Shown: positions 37,301 to 49,490 of the stretch, one piece after another | How the letters are laid out: every line of letters starts with the position of its first letter | Numbering within the stretch: position 1 is the stretch's first letter | NCBI GenBank assembly: GCA_028534125.1 | Contig: CM052850.1 | Coordinates: forward strand, 25,482,001-25,546,000 | Length of the DNA stretch: 64,000 bases | Source of the DNA: Lama glama | Lineage: Eukaryota | Direction: 5' to 3' | Made by a program: the position numbers and the translations under genes | The notes under the pieces: generated by a model | Databases searched by the model: none | Told to the model about the DNA's origin: nothing | What the model saw: the letters and a program-made list of their open reading frames with translations, nothing else

Positions 37301-37999
37301 TTCCCATCTATGCAGGGTTTTTTGGGTGTTTTTAAAATTATGGGACTGCCTCACTATTTTCATTTTTTACTGCAAAACTTTTTTGTGTTCTTCCCATCTT
37401 TCAGCTGCAATTTCTATTTCCTTTGCTCCCAGCAGCTCCCAGTTTCTATTGGAGGTGAACAAAGGAGACAGAAAATCTGACAGAGGGGGCTGCAGGCTGG
37501 AGATGGGGGGTGGCCATGTGAAACTGAGCAGGAGAGAAAGAGGAAACTGGGCTTTTGGGGAAATGACAAGTAAAGTGAAACCAGATTGGCTTGTGTGGAC
37601 CTAAGCCATGGAGGGGATTATCCAACTAATTTATACGGCCCGGGAGAGACACCCAGATAATTCTTTCAGACTGTGCAGGGCAGTGGGGGGCGGTCATTTT
37701 GAACCAGATTGAGAAGGTGGTGGAGGAGCCAAAAAGTGGGGGTCAGGACCAGGTCAGTGCAGAGGCCTGGCTGCAACAGGGCAGAGAAAGCCCTGAATTT
37801 GAGGGTGACCAGAATCAGGGTGGGTGAGGTCAGTTCAGATTCAACAGCAAATGGGGGGCTCCCAGGAGAGCATGGGTGTGCCTCTCTTCTGGGAACAGCA
37901 CCCCTGTGGCCCTCCCTTCTCGGTCCCTCTTGCTCCAGGCGGGCTCACCCTCGGTCACTGCGGCGGCCTTGCCTTACACGAGTGACCGAAGTGGGGTGA

Positions 38000-38260
38000 T
38001 GACCAGCAGCCTGGGTCAGTGCTGCAGTCGTGGGGACAGAGACGCTGCCCTCGGTGCCACTCTCCTGGGAAGCGACCCCATCTGGGAACCCCTGCTGGGT
38101 ACAAATCCCCCCAGAGGAAGGCAGAGCTGAGCGAGGGACAGTCTGACCCAGCCATGCCTGGACGTTTCAGGATCTGAGCCAATAAGTTTCCCTCTTCGTT
38201 GCTGAAGGTAATTTGAGTTTCAGCCACGTGCAACCAAAAAGGAGTCTTAACCAACACAGA
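38000..38260 (+). mobile_element. Old MaLR LTR (MLT1J/K-like) 3' part
   Basis: CCAGCCATGCCTGGAC...TGAGCCAATAAGTTTCCC...TGCAACCAAAAAGGAGTCTTAACCAACACA. Confidence 0.55.
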
Positions 38261-41200
38261 GAAGGCAGCAGGGCTGGGAGGGAAGGGGGCAAGGACCAGC
38301 GGTGACTGGGACTAGCTCTGGTGGGCTCCTGGGAACCGCCTGCGAGCACCTCCTCCCAGCTGATGGGCGGTGACTGCACTGGGAGCCTGAAGCGTCCGTG
38401 CGGGAGTGTTTACACCGCGGAAGGTGGCGGACACTGCACATCATGCTCTCCTGCCCCGCCTCCCAGACCTAGAGAGCCAGTCACCCAGCATTTACCAGCA
38501 GTCCGCCAGCCACACACTCGGAAGGGCCCGCTCTCCGGAGGAGGGATCTGAGAGCCCCGCAGCGCCGCGCTCTGCCTGCCAGTCTTCGTGGGTCAAGCTG
38601 ATCGGCACTGCCACCGTCCCCCCTCCATCCCGCCCGGGCTGTGCAGCCGCGCCTACCACGGGACCACGTTTGAGCGAAGAGTAAAGCTGAGGCAGAGACC
38701 CCCCAGCTGCCTCCTTTCTGCTTCTCCTCAGTCCGGTCCCTTCTGTCTGCTTGTCTGGAAACAAGGGGCAGACACTGAAACCACGCTGACGGGAGCAAGA
38801 AAGAGCCTCGCTCGTCCGGCGCAGCTGCACTCAGAGGCCCGGCTAGAGGCCTGGGGCCTGGCTTCTCCCACCCTGGGCCTTGCTCCCCGTGCCCGCCAGC
38901 CCGAGGACCGCAGGCCCGGGCTCACCTGTCCCCGCACACTGCGGGCGGGAGAGGTTCCCTCCTAACCTGGCTCCGAAGACCCCCTCGGCTCTCATTGGCC
39001 GGGCTTGAGTCACATGCCCACTTTGGGCCAATCACTGAAGCCAGGGAAAGGGGCGCTCCGACTGGCCACGCCCCCTCCTATGATTCGGGCTTTGGGTCAA
39101 AATTCAGGAGGTTGAAATTCTTGACCAAAAGGAGGCCTTGATTTGTGATTCTGGGGATGCTTTCAGCCACGGTAGTCTGGTTTCCCAGCCCAAACTCTGA
39201 CCTGAGCTCCCGCAGATACGGGAACATCCAGGTTCCCAGGTCTGGCGGCCGTAAGACACCCGAGCAGAACCACAGCCTGTAAGCGTCGCCGGGGCGTCCC
39301 CGTGCCACCTGTGGGCGGGCCTGGCGTGGGCTGCTTCCTGCTGTGGGCGAGGGACGGCGTCCCAGGCCGACCTCAGCGCCCCTGCCCTCGCGTCCGGCGG
39401 GTCCGCGCACACGGGCTTGGCTGGGCTCGAGCCAGGAGCCGTGCCTGGACCCTGAGGACCTGGCGTGAGCTCGGGCATGCTCACCCCATGTTGGGGTCTC
39501 CTCCCCTGAGTTCAGGCCTCCGACCTGCTCTCCGTGGGTGTTGCACGCACATTCTTCCCACGGAGGGTTTATGCTCCTTTAAGTCCCTTCTTTGGAGAGC
39601 AGAGACCCCGTGGTGAGGGCGCTGTGACCTCTGTCCAGGAGTCTCTGAGCCTCCTGGCTCTCATCTCTCAAACAGGGATTAAAGTGTATCTCACACTAGG
39701 TCTGCGCAAGGGAAGCCCTTGGCAGTGGGGCGGGGGCCGCGCACAGCTGCTGCAGCGATGTGGTGGGTTTCAGAATCAGTGGGGGTTGGGTCTGAAGCAG
39801 ACCCCTCTGCTCCCCTGCCCTCCACCTGGAGTAAGTCACTCCCCACGGAGCCTCTGTTTCTCCTCGCACAGAACGAGGGTGCCCACGCTCTTTACAGCTG
39901 TGTCTGTCTGCCGTGTGCTCTTACTCATCTGATGGGGGTGCCTCTAAAGGGCGTGTTTACACGTCTGTCTGTGTAGCATACCCTCCCCTTCTAGAAGCAG
40001 CACCACGATTACTCCTGGGACCCACACCTCCTTGGGTATGTGGTCCTGATGAGGATCTTGGTCAGGGTGCTGGGTGCTCCACGGACGCACGGCTGGGCGG
40101 GTGCCAAGATCAGCCCCCTGTCCCTCTCCCCTGGAATCTGAATGATTGTATCAAATGTATCTTAACAATACACATGCAAAAGTCCAAAGTCACCTTCACA
40201 ATTTTTCCTATTTTATGACCTAAAGGAAAATAAATCTGCTGCAGAGACATCAGCGAGGCTCACGGCTGCACATAGAAGTCACACAGGAAAAGAATGGATT
40301 CTGTAGCAGCTCGGCCACACCCATCACTGCTTTTCTCGCAATTAGTGCGTTCCCGCACCTGTGAGCCAACCAATTAAAAGTGCAGGAACTATTACTCTTT
40401 ATTCACTCTTTTAAAGTCATGGCATAAAATTAAAAAAAAATACGTACCGTATTAAACCTGAAAAACCAATTATAGTTGCTCTTTGGGAATCTGAACTTGG
40501 AACAGACCAGCAGAGGCAGAAGTTGGCACACCAAGCAAATAAACGCAGAAACCCCTGGTCCCCCCGTCCCCACGTCCCCGAGCTGGCTTGCTCCTGTGCC
40601 TTTTAAGATCTGGTCAATGTCCAACTCTCTCTTCTCCTCTTTGAGCTAATCTTATCCTCCCAAGAAGAGCCTTTTGCTTCTCTTGGCCCAGGTTGGGGTT
40701 CCTGTCACTTGCATTTGGTGAACCCTACATGAGAAGCATCCCCAAAGGACACTGTGACAGCTGTCCCAGGCATGTAGGCTGTGCCCAGGAAACACGGGCT
40801 CCTCTTTACCTGGGAGATGAGGAAAGAGACCCTTGAAAAGTCTGAGCCACATGTGTGCAAAGCACCTGCCAGGGCCTGGCATAGGGAAAAAGGTCTCTCG
40901 AGCCCACTGCTGCAGCCATCGGGACAGGTCAGTCTGGGCCTCGCTTGTGGTCAAGTCCCTCTGCCCAGCGCCAAGCAGGCTGGCACACGGGATTCCGGCT
41001 GCTCAGAGGGCTTCCGTGTTGGGGCTGAGAATTTCTAAGCAATCCCAGCCCTCAGTGGTGGAAGTACACATACAGAGGTCACAGCAGAGCCAGGTCACAG
41101 GGTCAGGCGGGCCTCCCCGCCACAGGGGCAGATTGAAGGCCCTGGGGATAGGAGTTTATCTGTTCTGCCGGTTGCGCTGAATCCCCCGCAGTGAGCTGTG

Positions 41201-41998
41201 ACTCATGTGGAGGGTCGCCCACCAGGGACACCTGTAGGACACTTGGTGCCCAGGTTTTCACAGGGGCTGAGCACGTGGGCACCCTCTTTCGTAAATTCCC
41301 AACGCCCAGAAGGAGACAGATGTTTGGCATAAACAAGGCTTATGATGATGCCACGAGGTGCCAAAGAAACACCAGATGGAATCCAGCAGCCAGTCCCAGT
41401 AAGTGAAACAGAAGTGGAAGGAAACTTCCTAACCCCGTGGGGTGTCCACCCTGTCCTGGTGAGGGTTTAATGAGATGTTCCACGTAGATCCCCTGGCAAG
41501 ATGCTGGGACCCAATAAGGGCTCAGTGACTTCTGGGATCTCTCTCCCATGTCCCTGCCCACTGGCGCTGGACCGGCGCTGCCACCAGCATCCCAGATAGC
41601 CTCCGCTCGGTTCCTACTCCCTGCTCCTCTCCTCTGATAGCTGGGCGTCCAGCCAGGTCACTGTGCCCTGTGTCACTCTGAGTAAGAACCAGCGAGGTTC
41701 CCAGGCTCCAGACGCCCCCCCCCCCCCCCGCATCAGCATGATCTCCCTCCTCCTCTCCCCTCAGGCCTCCCTCCACCCCCTCTCTCCTCTACCGGTTCTG
41801 CTCTTTTCCTGCTGTGACACATACTTCTGTTTTATTAGTGCATTGTTCCTTCCCCAGTGATGGCGGGAACATAGGTGGTCTGTGTCACTCTGCACCCCCC
41901 GCCCCGTCACCACCCTTGCCTGTTCTCTGTCCCCGAACAGTGTGTATACGCTCAGGAGTGACAGAACCCAAGGGACCGAAACCCCAGCTCAGGCTCAC

Positions 41999-42196
41999 CT
42001 GACCCCTCGCTGGAGTCGTCAAATTCCACCTGGAAGAGGTACCCAGTGTTCCATGCGCACAGGCAGGCCGCCGCATCATAGGAGACCCTGAGGGGCTTCA
42101 GCCGGGGGTCGTAGACGCTGTCCCTCCAGCGGATGTTGATGGGGGACTGCCGGGCGCCCCCCTGCACAGAGGCCGGGCCCTTCCAGAGGGAGTGCA
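41999..42196 (-). CDS. CA5A: CA5A exon 2 (198 nt)
   Basis: [39 protein letters not shown]...[18 protein letters not shown]. Has the QSPINI motif and the CA V-type Tyr64 (NTGY). Acceptor CCCCAG, donor GTGAGC. Confidence 0.97.
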
Positions 42197-43859
42197 CTGG
42201 GGCAGAGAAGGAAGGGGAGACCCTGAAGGCGGGTGGCATCATTCCAGCCTCAGAGGCAGAAACCTCACCAATGGGGTCCCCAGGGAGCCAGCGCTGTGCT
42301 CAGGAAGCTGGCCCAGTGCAAGCCTGGGGCCCCAGACCGCTCAGCCTCTCAACCCCGCCCACGGGCAGACCCTCGCTCATCTCCTCTGCAGATGCTGCCA
42401 GAACCTTGTTCCTTCCCACTTGGACTGCAGCTCGCCTTGGCCGAGTGGTGCCGCACTGGGTTGGTTCTGACCCATGGTCATTGTCACCGTGTGGCCACCA
42501 GAAGTCAGGCCCCCTGGGTCCAGCCCAGACCCAGACCCGGGGAGGCAGGCGGTGGAGGAGGGGGGCCGAGGGCAGAGCGGGTCGGAACTTCTCTTCCAGG
42601 CACATCCCACCCCTCTGGCTGACATTGTGGCCACGGGGCCTGTTCACAGTCACCCTTCCAGCTCCCTACAAGAAGGAGAGACCACTCCAGCAGCAAGAAA
42701 ACTAAGCAGAATGGACCCTCACCCCCTTGGCTCGAGGTTTCTGCTGCTCTAGGCTGCTGCCCAGACCTGGCAGGCTTTTCTCTGTTCTTTGTGGACCCTG
42801 AGGGCCACCCCCAGCCCTCCACCAAAGGCCGCTCAAAGCCTGAAATTCCACCCTTAGATTCGTGTCTGCCTTCGCTACGAAGGTGGACACGTTGCTAAAG
42901 GCAATCCTTTATTTTGATACACAAACATAGAAATACTTTACACCAGGATTTGAGGGTGAGCTGGGGTGGGAGTGGCACAGAGCTGGGAGCTGGAGGGCGT
43001 CACGGTGAAGAGGAACATGGGGAATGGTCGTCTGGCTAACGGTGGGTGAGGAGCACCCAGCCATGCGACAGACCCAGTTCGCACAGATTCACAGAGCAGA
43101 GGCTAGGCTGGTACAAAGGCAGTCGTCTTCCTTGGTCCCGAGGGGGAAAACTGGGGCCTCCCGAGGCCATGCAGGTCGTGTGAATGAGTGAGGCTGAGGG
43201 CTGGTGATTGTCACCCTGGGGTGGCAGGCAGCGGGGAGAGGTTGGGGCTGTGTCTGCAGAGCACAGGGAGCACCTGTTGCCTGATTTTAAGTGAAGGAAG
43301 CCGAGCTGCATGGCCACACTCTACTGAGTGGTACTTTTGCTTTTTTGAAACATCTCATGTCTGTTTCTGTGGGCTTCAAGGGAAGCCAGAGGCTGTGCAC
43401 TAAGCCGGCCACAGCCGCCGCCGCTGGGAACAGGGGTGTGAGGGGCTTTCCCTCTGCGAGCACACTGTCCTCTCTGGTTTGAAACCTACAGGAGGTCTGG
43501 GTGGGGCCTGAGGTTCTGCAGGCCTCGCAGGCCCCCAGGGGCTGCTGCTGGCCTGAGGGCCCCTTTGAGTGCTGGGCGACCAGAAGTTCAGGGCTCTGGT
43601 GTCTGTCTCTGTGCTGAGTCCCAGAGGGCCCCTGGGTCTCCTACTCTCTGGGACCTGCATCAGCTCCTGGGGCCACGCTCACCTGGGGGTGTTGGCCAGC
43701 ACACCCCAGGCTGCTGCCCTCACCAGCAGGGGCCCAAGGTCTGGCCTAATGGGAACCCGAGTGGAGCCCAAGGTGCTCCTAGACATCACCCTGTGATCTG
43801 AGTGGAGATTTCAGCCTGGACCTCCGGTGCAGACCAACGGATTAACTGGAAGAGCCGTC

Positions 43860-44070
43860 AGCATTGGCCGAGAGCCCTGTGTGTGCCAGGCTTTCCGCCC
43901 ACGTCATTTCACCTTATGTGGCCCTGTGTGGCATTTCATCATCCCGTTTTACAGACGAGGAAACTGAGGCTCAGGGAGGTGGAGCGGCCAGCTTGCACCA
44001 CTGACAAGTGTCACTGCTGCCCACCCCCAGAGCGCCTGGCTCCGAAGCCCCGCTCTTTCAATCACCCGAA
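43860..44070 (-). mobile_element. MIR fragment
   Basis: CATCCCGTTTTACAGACGAGGAAACTGAGGCTCAGGGAGGT. Confidence 0.75.
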
Positions 44071-44560
44071 CCTGGGAAGTGCAGAATATTGATGTCAATG
44101 GCGAGCTCAGCCGTCCAGGCGGGGCTTGGATGTGACAGAGGAAGACCCTGAGGCCCAGAGAGCGGTGGGAGGAGTTCAAGGTCACCTCTGCCAGGAGGCC
44201 GGTGCAGGGCAGTCCCTGGATGGAGCTGGCGGGTGCCCTACATACCGTGTTTGCTGAAGTCCCCTGCTGGGGTTTGGAGCCTGATGCCAGCCGGGCATGG
44301 CTCGTCGGGGCTGGATGCCGAGAAACAGGAGCTTGTCTCAGGGCCAGGGGGTGCTTGCTACCTGCCTTGCTTCGAGCATCTCGCCCTCCTGATGGCCCCG
44401 TGAATCTGACGCTAAGGACTGGCCCTCATCTCCCACGGGAAAGACAAGCTGGAAGTCTGAACCCAAACTGTCTGCTTCCCGACCGTCTCCCATTTTGAAA
44501 GACACCAGAAAATGAGACAAACATCAAATTGTATCTGGGGAAACTCCAAGCTCTACTTAC

Positions 44561-44717
44561 ACGCGTTATTCTTGCTTCTCTCTGCACAGGGACCCAGCGA
44601 GCATGATCGCTCTGGCCTTAGCCAGTGACTGCGGAGGGCTCCCCACGTCTGCTTGACCAGGATGGAGAGACCTGAGGACTCCGTATGGCTCCCGCCCAAC
44701 ACCGGGGTCCTGAGCAT
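44561..44717 (-). CDS. CA5A: CA5A exon 1 coding part (157 nt), mitochondrial presequence
   Basis: ATG at 44717 gives MLRTPVLGGSHTESSGLSILVKQTWGALRSHWLRPERSCSLGPCAERSKNNA, followed by a GTAAGT donor. Phase 1 joins exon 2 (T|TG = Leu). It is missing from the ORF track because it is under 60 aa. Confidence 0.9.
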
Positions 44718-44849
44718 CTTGTGTCTGTCCCCCAGGGACCCAATAACAAGAGGGAGGTTTTTCCTACGATCTGTCCTCCCTGTGGTCAGGACAGCCGAGG
44801 AGCAGGATGGACCCGCCTCTTTTTCTAAAAACTCACCCAGAGCCCTGAG

Positions 44850-45080
44850 CCTGATGGTTAAATTTCAACCCATGCCTGCCCTGGCCTCTTGGATGACCTG
44901 GGGTTTGGCTTGGGATGGGTGCATTGGGACGAGTGGCCCTCACGGTGGCCAGCCCCTCGGGTCACCATGCTTTGATCCAGTAAACAGTGGAGTGAGGGCA
45001 CCAGGGACTGAGGGGAACCTTGTGGAGAGCCCGTGGCCAGACCTGGGAGGAGACAAGAGCAAACAGACCAAAGTCCCTGA
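44850..45080 (-). promoter_or_regulatory. CA5A: Candidate CA5A proximal promoter with hepatocyte-factor motifs
   Basis: FOXA-type GTAAACA 44980-44986 and GCAAACA 45059-45065; HNF4-type AGACCAAAGTCCC 45065-45077; degenerate HNF1-like GTTAAATTTCAAC 44857-44869. All lie 140-360 bp upstream of the ATG. Confidence 0.5.
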
Positions 45081-45317
45081 TCTTGGGCGTGATCTGGTTC
45101 GGGGCTGTGCCACCCTCCAACCGGGGCCCCTCAAGACCATGCTGTGGGTGTACTTCCAGAGGATGGTGGGTTCAGAGGTGCAGGGACAGGAATCAGCCAA
45201 AGCTGCAGGCTGGTGGGGCCAGTGAGCAGGTGCCCCTCTCTGCCCAGGGCTCCTGGGAGATAGCCCATCCCCCTCTCCACAAAACAGACACAACCCAACA
45301 GGAACTCGTTCTGCCCA

Positions 45318-45442
45318 AGGTGATGTGACCTGGTTGGCTGGGACACTGCTAGGCTGTGCCTCCTGCCTCCGCATAAGTACTAACGTACTCCTTTCACACA
45401 TAGAAGTGCCCACATTTGGACAATAAATTAGGTGGTCACCCA
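45318..45442 (-). mobile_element. hAT-Blackjack MITE (MER94-like)
   Basis: Reverse complement reads GGGTGACCACCTAATTTATTGTCCAAA...GTGAAAGG...TGTCCCAGCCAACCAGG...TCACC. Confidence 0.6.
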
Positions 45443-46619
45443 GGCCATACAACTTGTAAAAACTGCAGATGTCGGACAGCAAAACCCGGCTTTGGACTCC
45501 ACAGCAGTCTATTCCCCGGACACTGCCTTTCCTTTCTTGTTTTTTTCCCCCAGATACTTTCTGTATATGACATGGAGACGACAGGGTTCAGATGGAATGG
45601 TTCTGTAATTTTTTTTCGGGGGGGTGGTTTTAAATTTATAAGCTTCGAGGGAGTAGGGAGATCATAATTTATCACAGAATCCTGAATTCTTAGGTCTAGA
45701 AACCCCACAAGACAGGGCTCCCGGACACTGGGTCCACTTGTGGGAGCCTGAGGACCTAAGAATGCCACTGATGGGACGCGGGGATTGGTCTGCAGGTTTC
45801 GCCCGATTCTCTGACAGGCCCATGAGTTTGACTGTCTGGGTTGCAGGCAACAAAACCCAGCTCTAGAATATACGTGCTTTTCCTCCCACGGAGTCATTTT
45901 AGAAACGTACCACTCTTGGGTGGCTTCATCCATCCATCCGTCCACTCACTCATTCACTGGCTTTGGCCTCGGTTTTCTCATCTATGAAGTGGGGCCACAC
46001 CAGCCCTTTCTCTGTTGTGTTGTCGTGAGGGTCCAGTGGATTGCTGTTGAGTAACGCATTTAGAGGATACCACTTCCACTACTGCGTGCCCAGCACCATG
46101 TGGCAGGTCCCACGACGACAGGTCAGTGGGCTGACGCGCCGCAGGCCCCCTGGGGTCTCAGGAGGGTGTCCTCAGCACCTCACTGCCCTGCTGGCTTCAG
46201 CCCCCCACTTTAGGCAGATGGCCTCGCTGGCCATCCCCGTGGGCCTGGGGTCTCCCTGTGCTCCCTGCAGCCACAGGGCAGGAGCCTGCTTTCCTTAGAA
46301 AAGCCCACCAACCAGCTCGTCCTGGAAACTGTTGCAGCCGGCTCAGACATCAGCTCAGTCACGGTGACGGTAGGCACTAGCCTCCCTGCCAGTGAAAATA
46401 AATATAAACCCATATGCACGCATGTTATGGAGAACACTTCAAGGGGTTCAAAGGTGAAAGTAAGAGTCTGTCTTTCACAGACTGAACACAGCAGTTTCTT
46501 GTGGCTCTTTCTGGAAATTTCCATGATATGTAAGCCTGGATGTGTGTAGATCACTTTTTTTAATACAGGAAATAATCATACCCTATGTAGAAGGCATGCA
46601 TGTGGTCACTCAGTAATTG

Positions 46620-47020
46620 TCATGAATATTTTTTTTCCATCAGTGTAGATAGCTTTCTTTAAATACAGCATTTCATTGAAAGAGATGCCATCATTTATCA
46701 AATCACTCCCCCTACACATGGATTTTTTTTGTCTTATAAATAACACCTCATTGAACATCTTTGAATGGACTTCCCAGGTGTGATGTGTATGGGTCAAAAG
46801 AGAATGCATTGAAACTGTTGACACACAGGCCACGTTGCTCTCCCGGGAGGTTGTACCAAGTCCTGCTCCCACCCACTTACCTAATATTTTGAGCCAAAGA
46901 GCCTCATGTTTATTCAACCCGACATCTTCTAATTTTTGACTACCTCCTTTGCACATAAAACACCAATTAGTGGGCTTCCTATGATCTGTAATTCTCGTGG
47001 GAATTGGAAATGCCTCATGT
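46620..47020 (-). mobile_element. Old L1 (L1ME-like) fragment
   Basis: CCATCATTTATCAAATCACTCCCC...GGGTCAAAAG...GAGGTTGTACCAAG. Confidence 0.55.
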
Positions 47021-47025
47021 GGGTT

Positions 47026-47310
47026 TGTGATGGTGTATTTTGTGTCAGCTTGGCTGAGCCATGGTGCCCAGATATTGGGTCAAACTTACTCTGGACTTTT
47101 CAGGATAGGTGGTTTTTTGGATGTGATTAACACTTAAATCAGTGGAACCTCCATAATGTGGGTGGGCCTCGTCCAATCAGTTGAAGTCCTTAACAGAACA
47201 AAGACTGATTTCCCCTGGGCCGAAGGTATTCTGCCAGCAGTCTGCCTTTGAGCTCTGTGACACCTTCCAGGGTCTCCAGCTAGCTGGCCCACCGCATCAG
47301 ATTTTGGACA
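47026..47310 (+). mobile_element. ERVL LTR (MLT2-like)
   Basis: TGTGATGGTGTATTTTGTGTCAGCTTGGCTGAGCCATGGTGCCCAGATATT...CTCCATAATGTGGGTGGGCCTCGTCCAATCAGTTGAAG. Confidence 0.82.
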
Positions 47311-48447
47311 CATCCTTCAAAGTGCAGGAAGAAAAGACCGGCATTACTATTTTTATTTCCTCCCTCGCCTGGTATAGCTTCTATTTTTCACATTTCATAG
47401 AGCCTATTAGTATCTGATACTTGGATATGATTCATACGCAAATACACATGCATTGGAGGGGCACGCTCAAAATCTTTCTGCTGAAATGAGGGTGTAATCA
47501 CAGAAGTTTGGAGCCCACCTTTCTATGACATCCCCTCCCAAATTTCCTGGCAGCACTCTTTAAATAGGGCTTTATTCCTATATGATAGAAATTCAAATTC
47601 ATGTTTAATGAAACCAAATGCTCTCCCAAGTACAAGATCCCAAAAGATACGTACAGTATACATAAAGAAATTCCAGTTGAAAAAAAGAAAAAAAAACAGA
47701 AAAGGGAAAAAAACTCACACTGGGCAAAAACACATGGACGTTTCGGCAGGACTTCCATTCACAGTAATCCTTTTGATTCTCTGCTGGCTTCTGGACACCA
47801 CAATTTCCGGCCTGCACCTTTATTGGTTTTATGGATCTGTAAACCCGTTTCCCTGACCTGAGGAGTCCGAGGGGATGCTTCATGGTGGAAACTTGGTGTT
47901 TACAGGAATGTAAAAACCCGCAGGGCTGCGCTGATGGTCACCACCTGCCTGGCTCCACTGTACCACGTCCTTAGTCCAATGAGAACCAATGAATCAGGGC
48001 TGCCTGGGAGCCCAAGGGAAACATTTTCTCCTCTTCCACTGAGACACACTCAGCCTCTTCTTCCGAAAAGTCTGAATCAACAGCTGCTGGGAGAACAGAG
48101 CCTCCACTGGACAGACACCCACGTCCCCATCACTGCTCACTGCCCAGGGAGACTCGCCACGGGGCAAACGCTGATGGGGTCTGCCTGCCCCCTGGCCCCT
48201 CTCACTTGGTGACGGCACCTGAGTTTTCCCGGGGGACTGCCCTCCCCCACCAGCGGGCCGCTCTCCCCGCCCTGATGTATCTCGGGCTCGGCCAACCGGA
48301 AGGAGAGCTGGGATTACGGGGAAAGAGGCTCTCCCCAGGGATTATTTAACTGCTAAAACAGGCACTGTCTGCAGTTGCTGGGAACCCTTTCTGAGATCCT
48401 GCCCAAGAATGGAGAGAAAATGGAGCCTAGAGATGGGAAGGGTGGGG

Positions 48448-48491
48448 AGGGAGAGAGACTTAGAGAGACAGAGATAGAGAGACACACACAC
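48448..48491. repeat. Imperfect (GA)n(CA)n microsatellite
   Basis: AGGGAGAGAGACTTAGAGAGACAGAGATAGAGAGACACACACAC. Confidence 0.75.
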
Positions 48492-48509
48492 GGAAAAAAT
48501 GATATGGCT

Positions 48510-49490
48510 TCAACCCAAATAGACATCTCTCCAGTGAAGACATACAGATGGCCAACAGGCACGTGAAAAATGCTCAATATCACTAATTATCGGAGAAATG
48601 CAACTCAAAACTACCATGAGGTATCACCTCACACCAGCCAGAATGGCTATCATTCAAAAGTCTACAAATAATAAATGCTGGAGAAGGTGTGGAGAAAAAG
48701 GGAACCCTCCTACACTGCTGGTGGGAATGCAAGATGGTGCAGCCACTTTGGGAGGCATTTGTGGTTTCCTACAAAACTCACCGTGCTTGTATCATGCAAC
48801 AAACTAATGGTGCCCCTTGGTGTTTACTCAGAGGAGTTGTAAACTTACGTCCACACAAAAACCTGCACGTGGATGTTTAGAGCAGCGTTATTCGTAACTG
48901 CCAACTTGTAACTGGCAATCTGTAAGCAACCAAGACGTCCTTCAGTAGGTGAATGGACACATCCGGACAGCGAGATATTGTTCAGGGTTAAAAAGAAGTG
49001 ATCTGTCAAGCCGTGAAAAGACGTGGAGGAAACTTAAATGCATGTGACCAAGTGACAGAAGTCAATCTGGAAAGGCTTCCTACTGTGTGGCTCCAGCCAT
49101 GTGACACTCTGGAAAAGGCAAAACTGTGGAGACATAAGGATCAGTTTGTGGGGGGCTGGGAGGAGGGATGAACAGGTGGGGCAGAGACTTTTTAGGGCAG
49201 TGAGCCAATTCTGTGCAACACGGTAATGATGGATACGTGTCGTTACACATTTGTCCAAATCCACAGAATGTGCGACACCGAGATTGAGCCCTAACGTGGA
49301 CGCGGGACCTCGGCTGATGCTGAGGTGTCAGTGCAGGTTCATTGACTGTAACAAAGGCACCACTCTGGTGGGGGATGCTGATGGCGGGGAGGTTCGGGGG
49401 GTGTCAGAGGATACACAGGAAATTTGTACCTTTTGCTCAATTTTGCCCTGAACTGAAATTTTCTCTAAAAAAAATAAAGTTTAATAATAA
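48510..49490 (+). mobile_element. L1 ORF2 C-terminal fragment continuing into an L1MC-like 3' UTR
   Basis: Peptide [35 protein letters not shown] (ORF2 cysteine-rich domain), then GTCCACACAAAAACCTGCAC...TCTGGAAAAGGCAAAACT...ACATTTGTCCAAATCCACAGAATG...AAAAAAATAAAGT. Confidence 0.88.

Noticed and set aside
38960-39500. CCAAT/GC-box and CpG-rich patch in CA5A intron 2 as an internal promoter
   Set aside because: The CCAAT boxes appear to lie in an old MaLR LTR remnant, and the CpG enrichment is modest against the GC-rich background.
23303-44717. CA5A as a pseudogene, or as CA5B
   Set aside because: The frame, splice sites and catalytic residues are intact, and both the sequence and the SLC7A5 linkage fit CA5A.
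48598-48880. L1 ORF2-like peptides as an active element or host gene
   Set aside because: This is a short frameshifted fragment with no reverse transcriptase or endonuclease domain.
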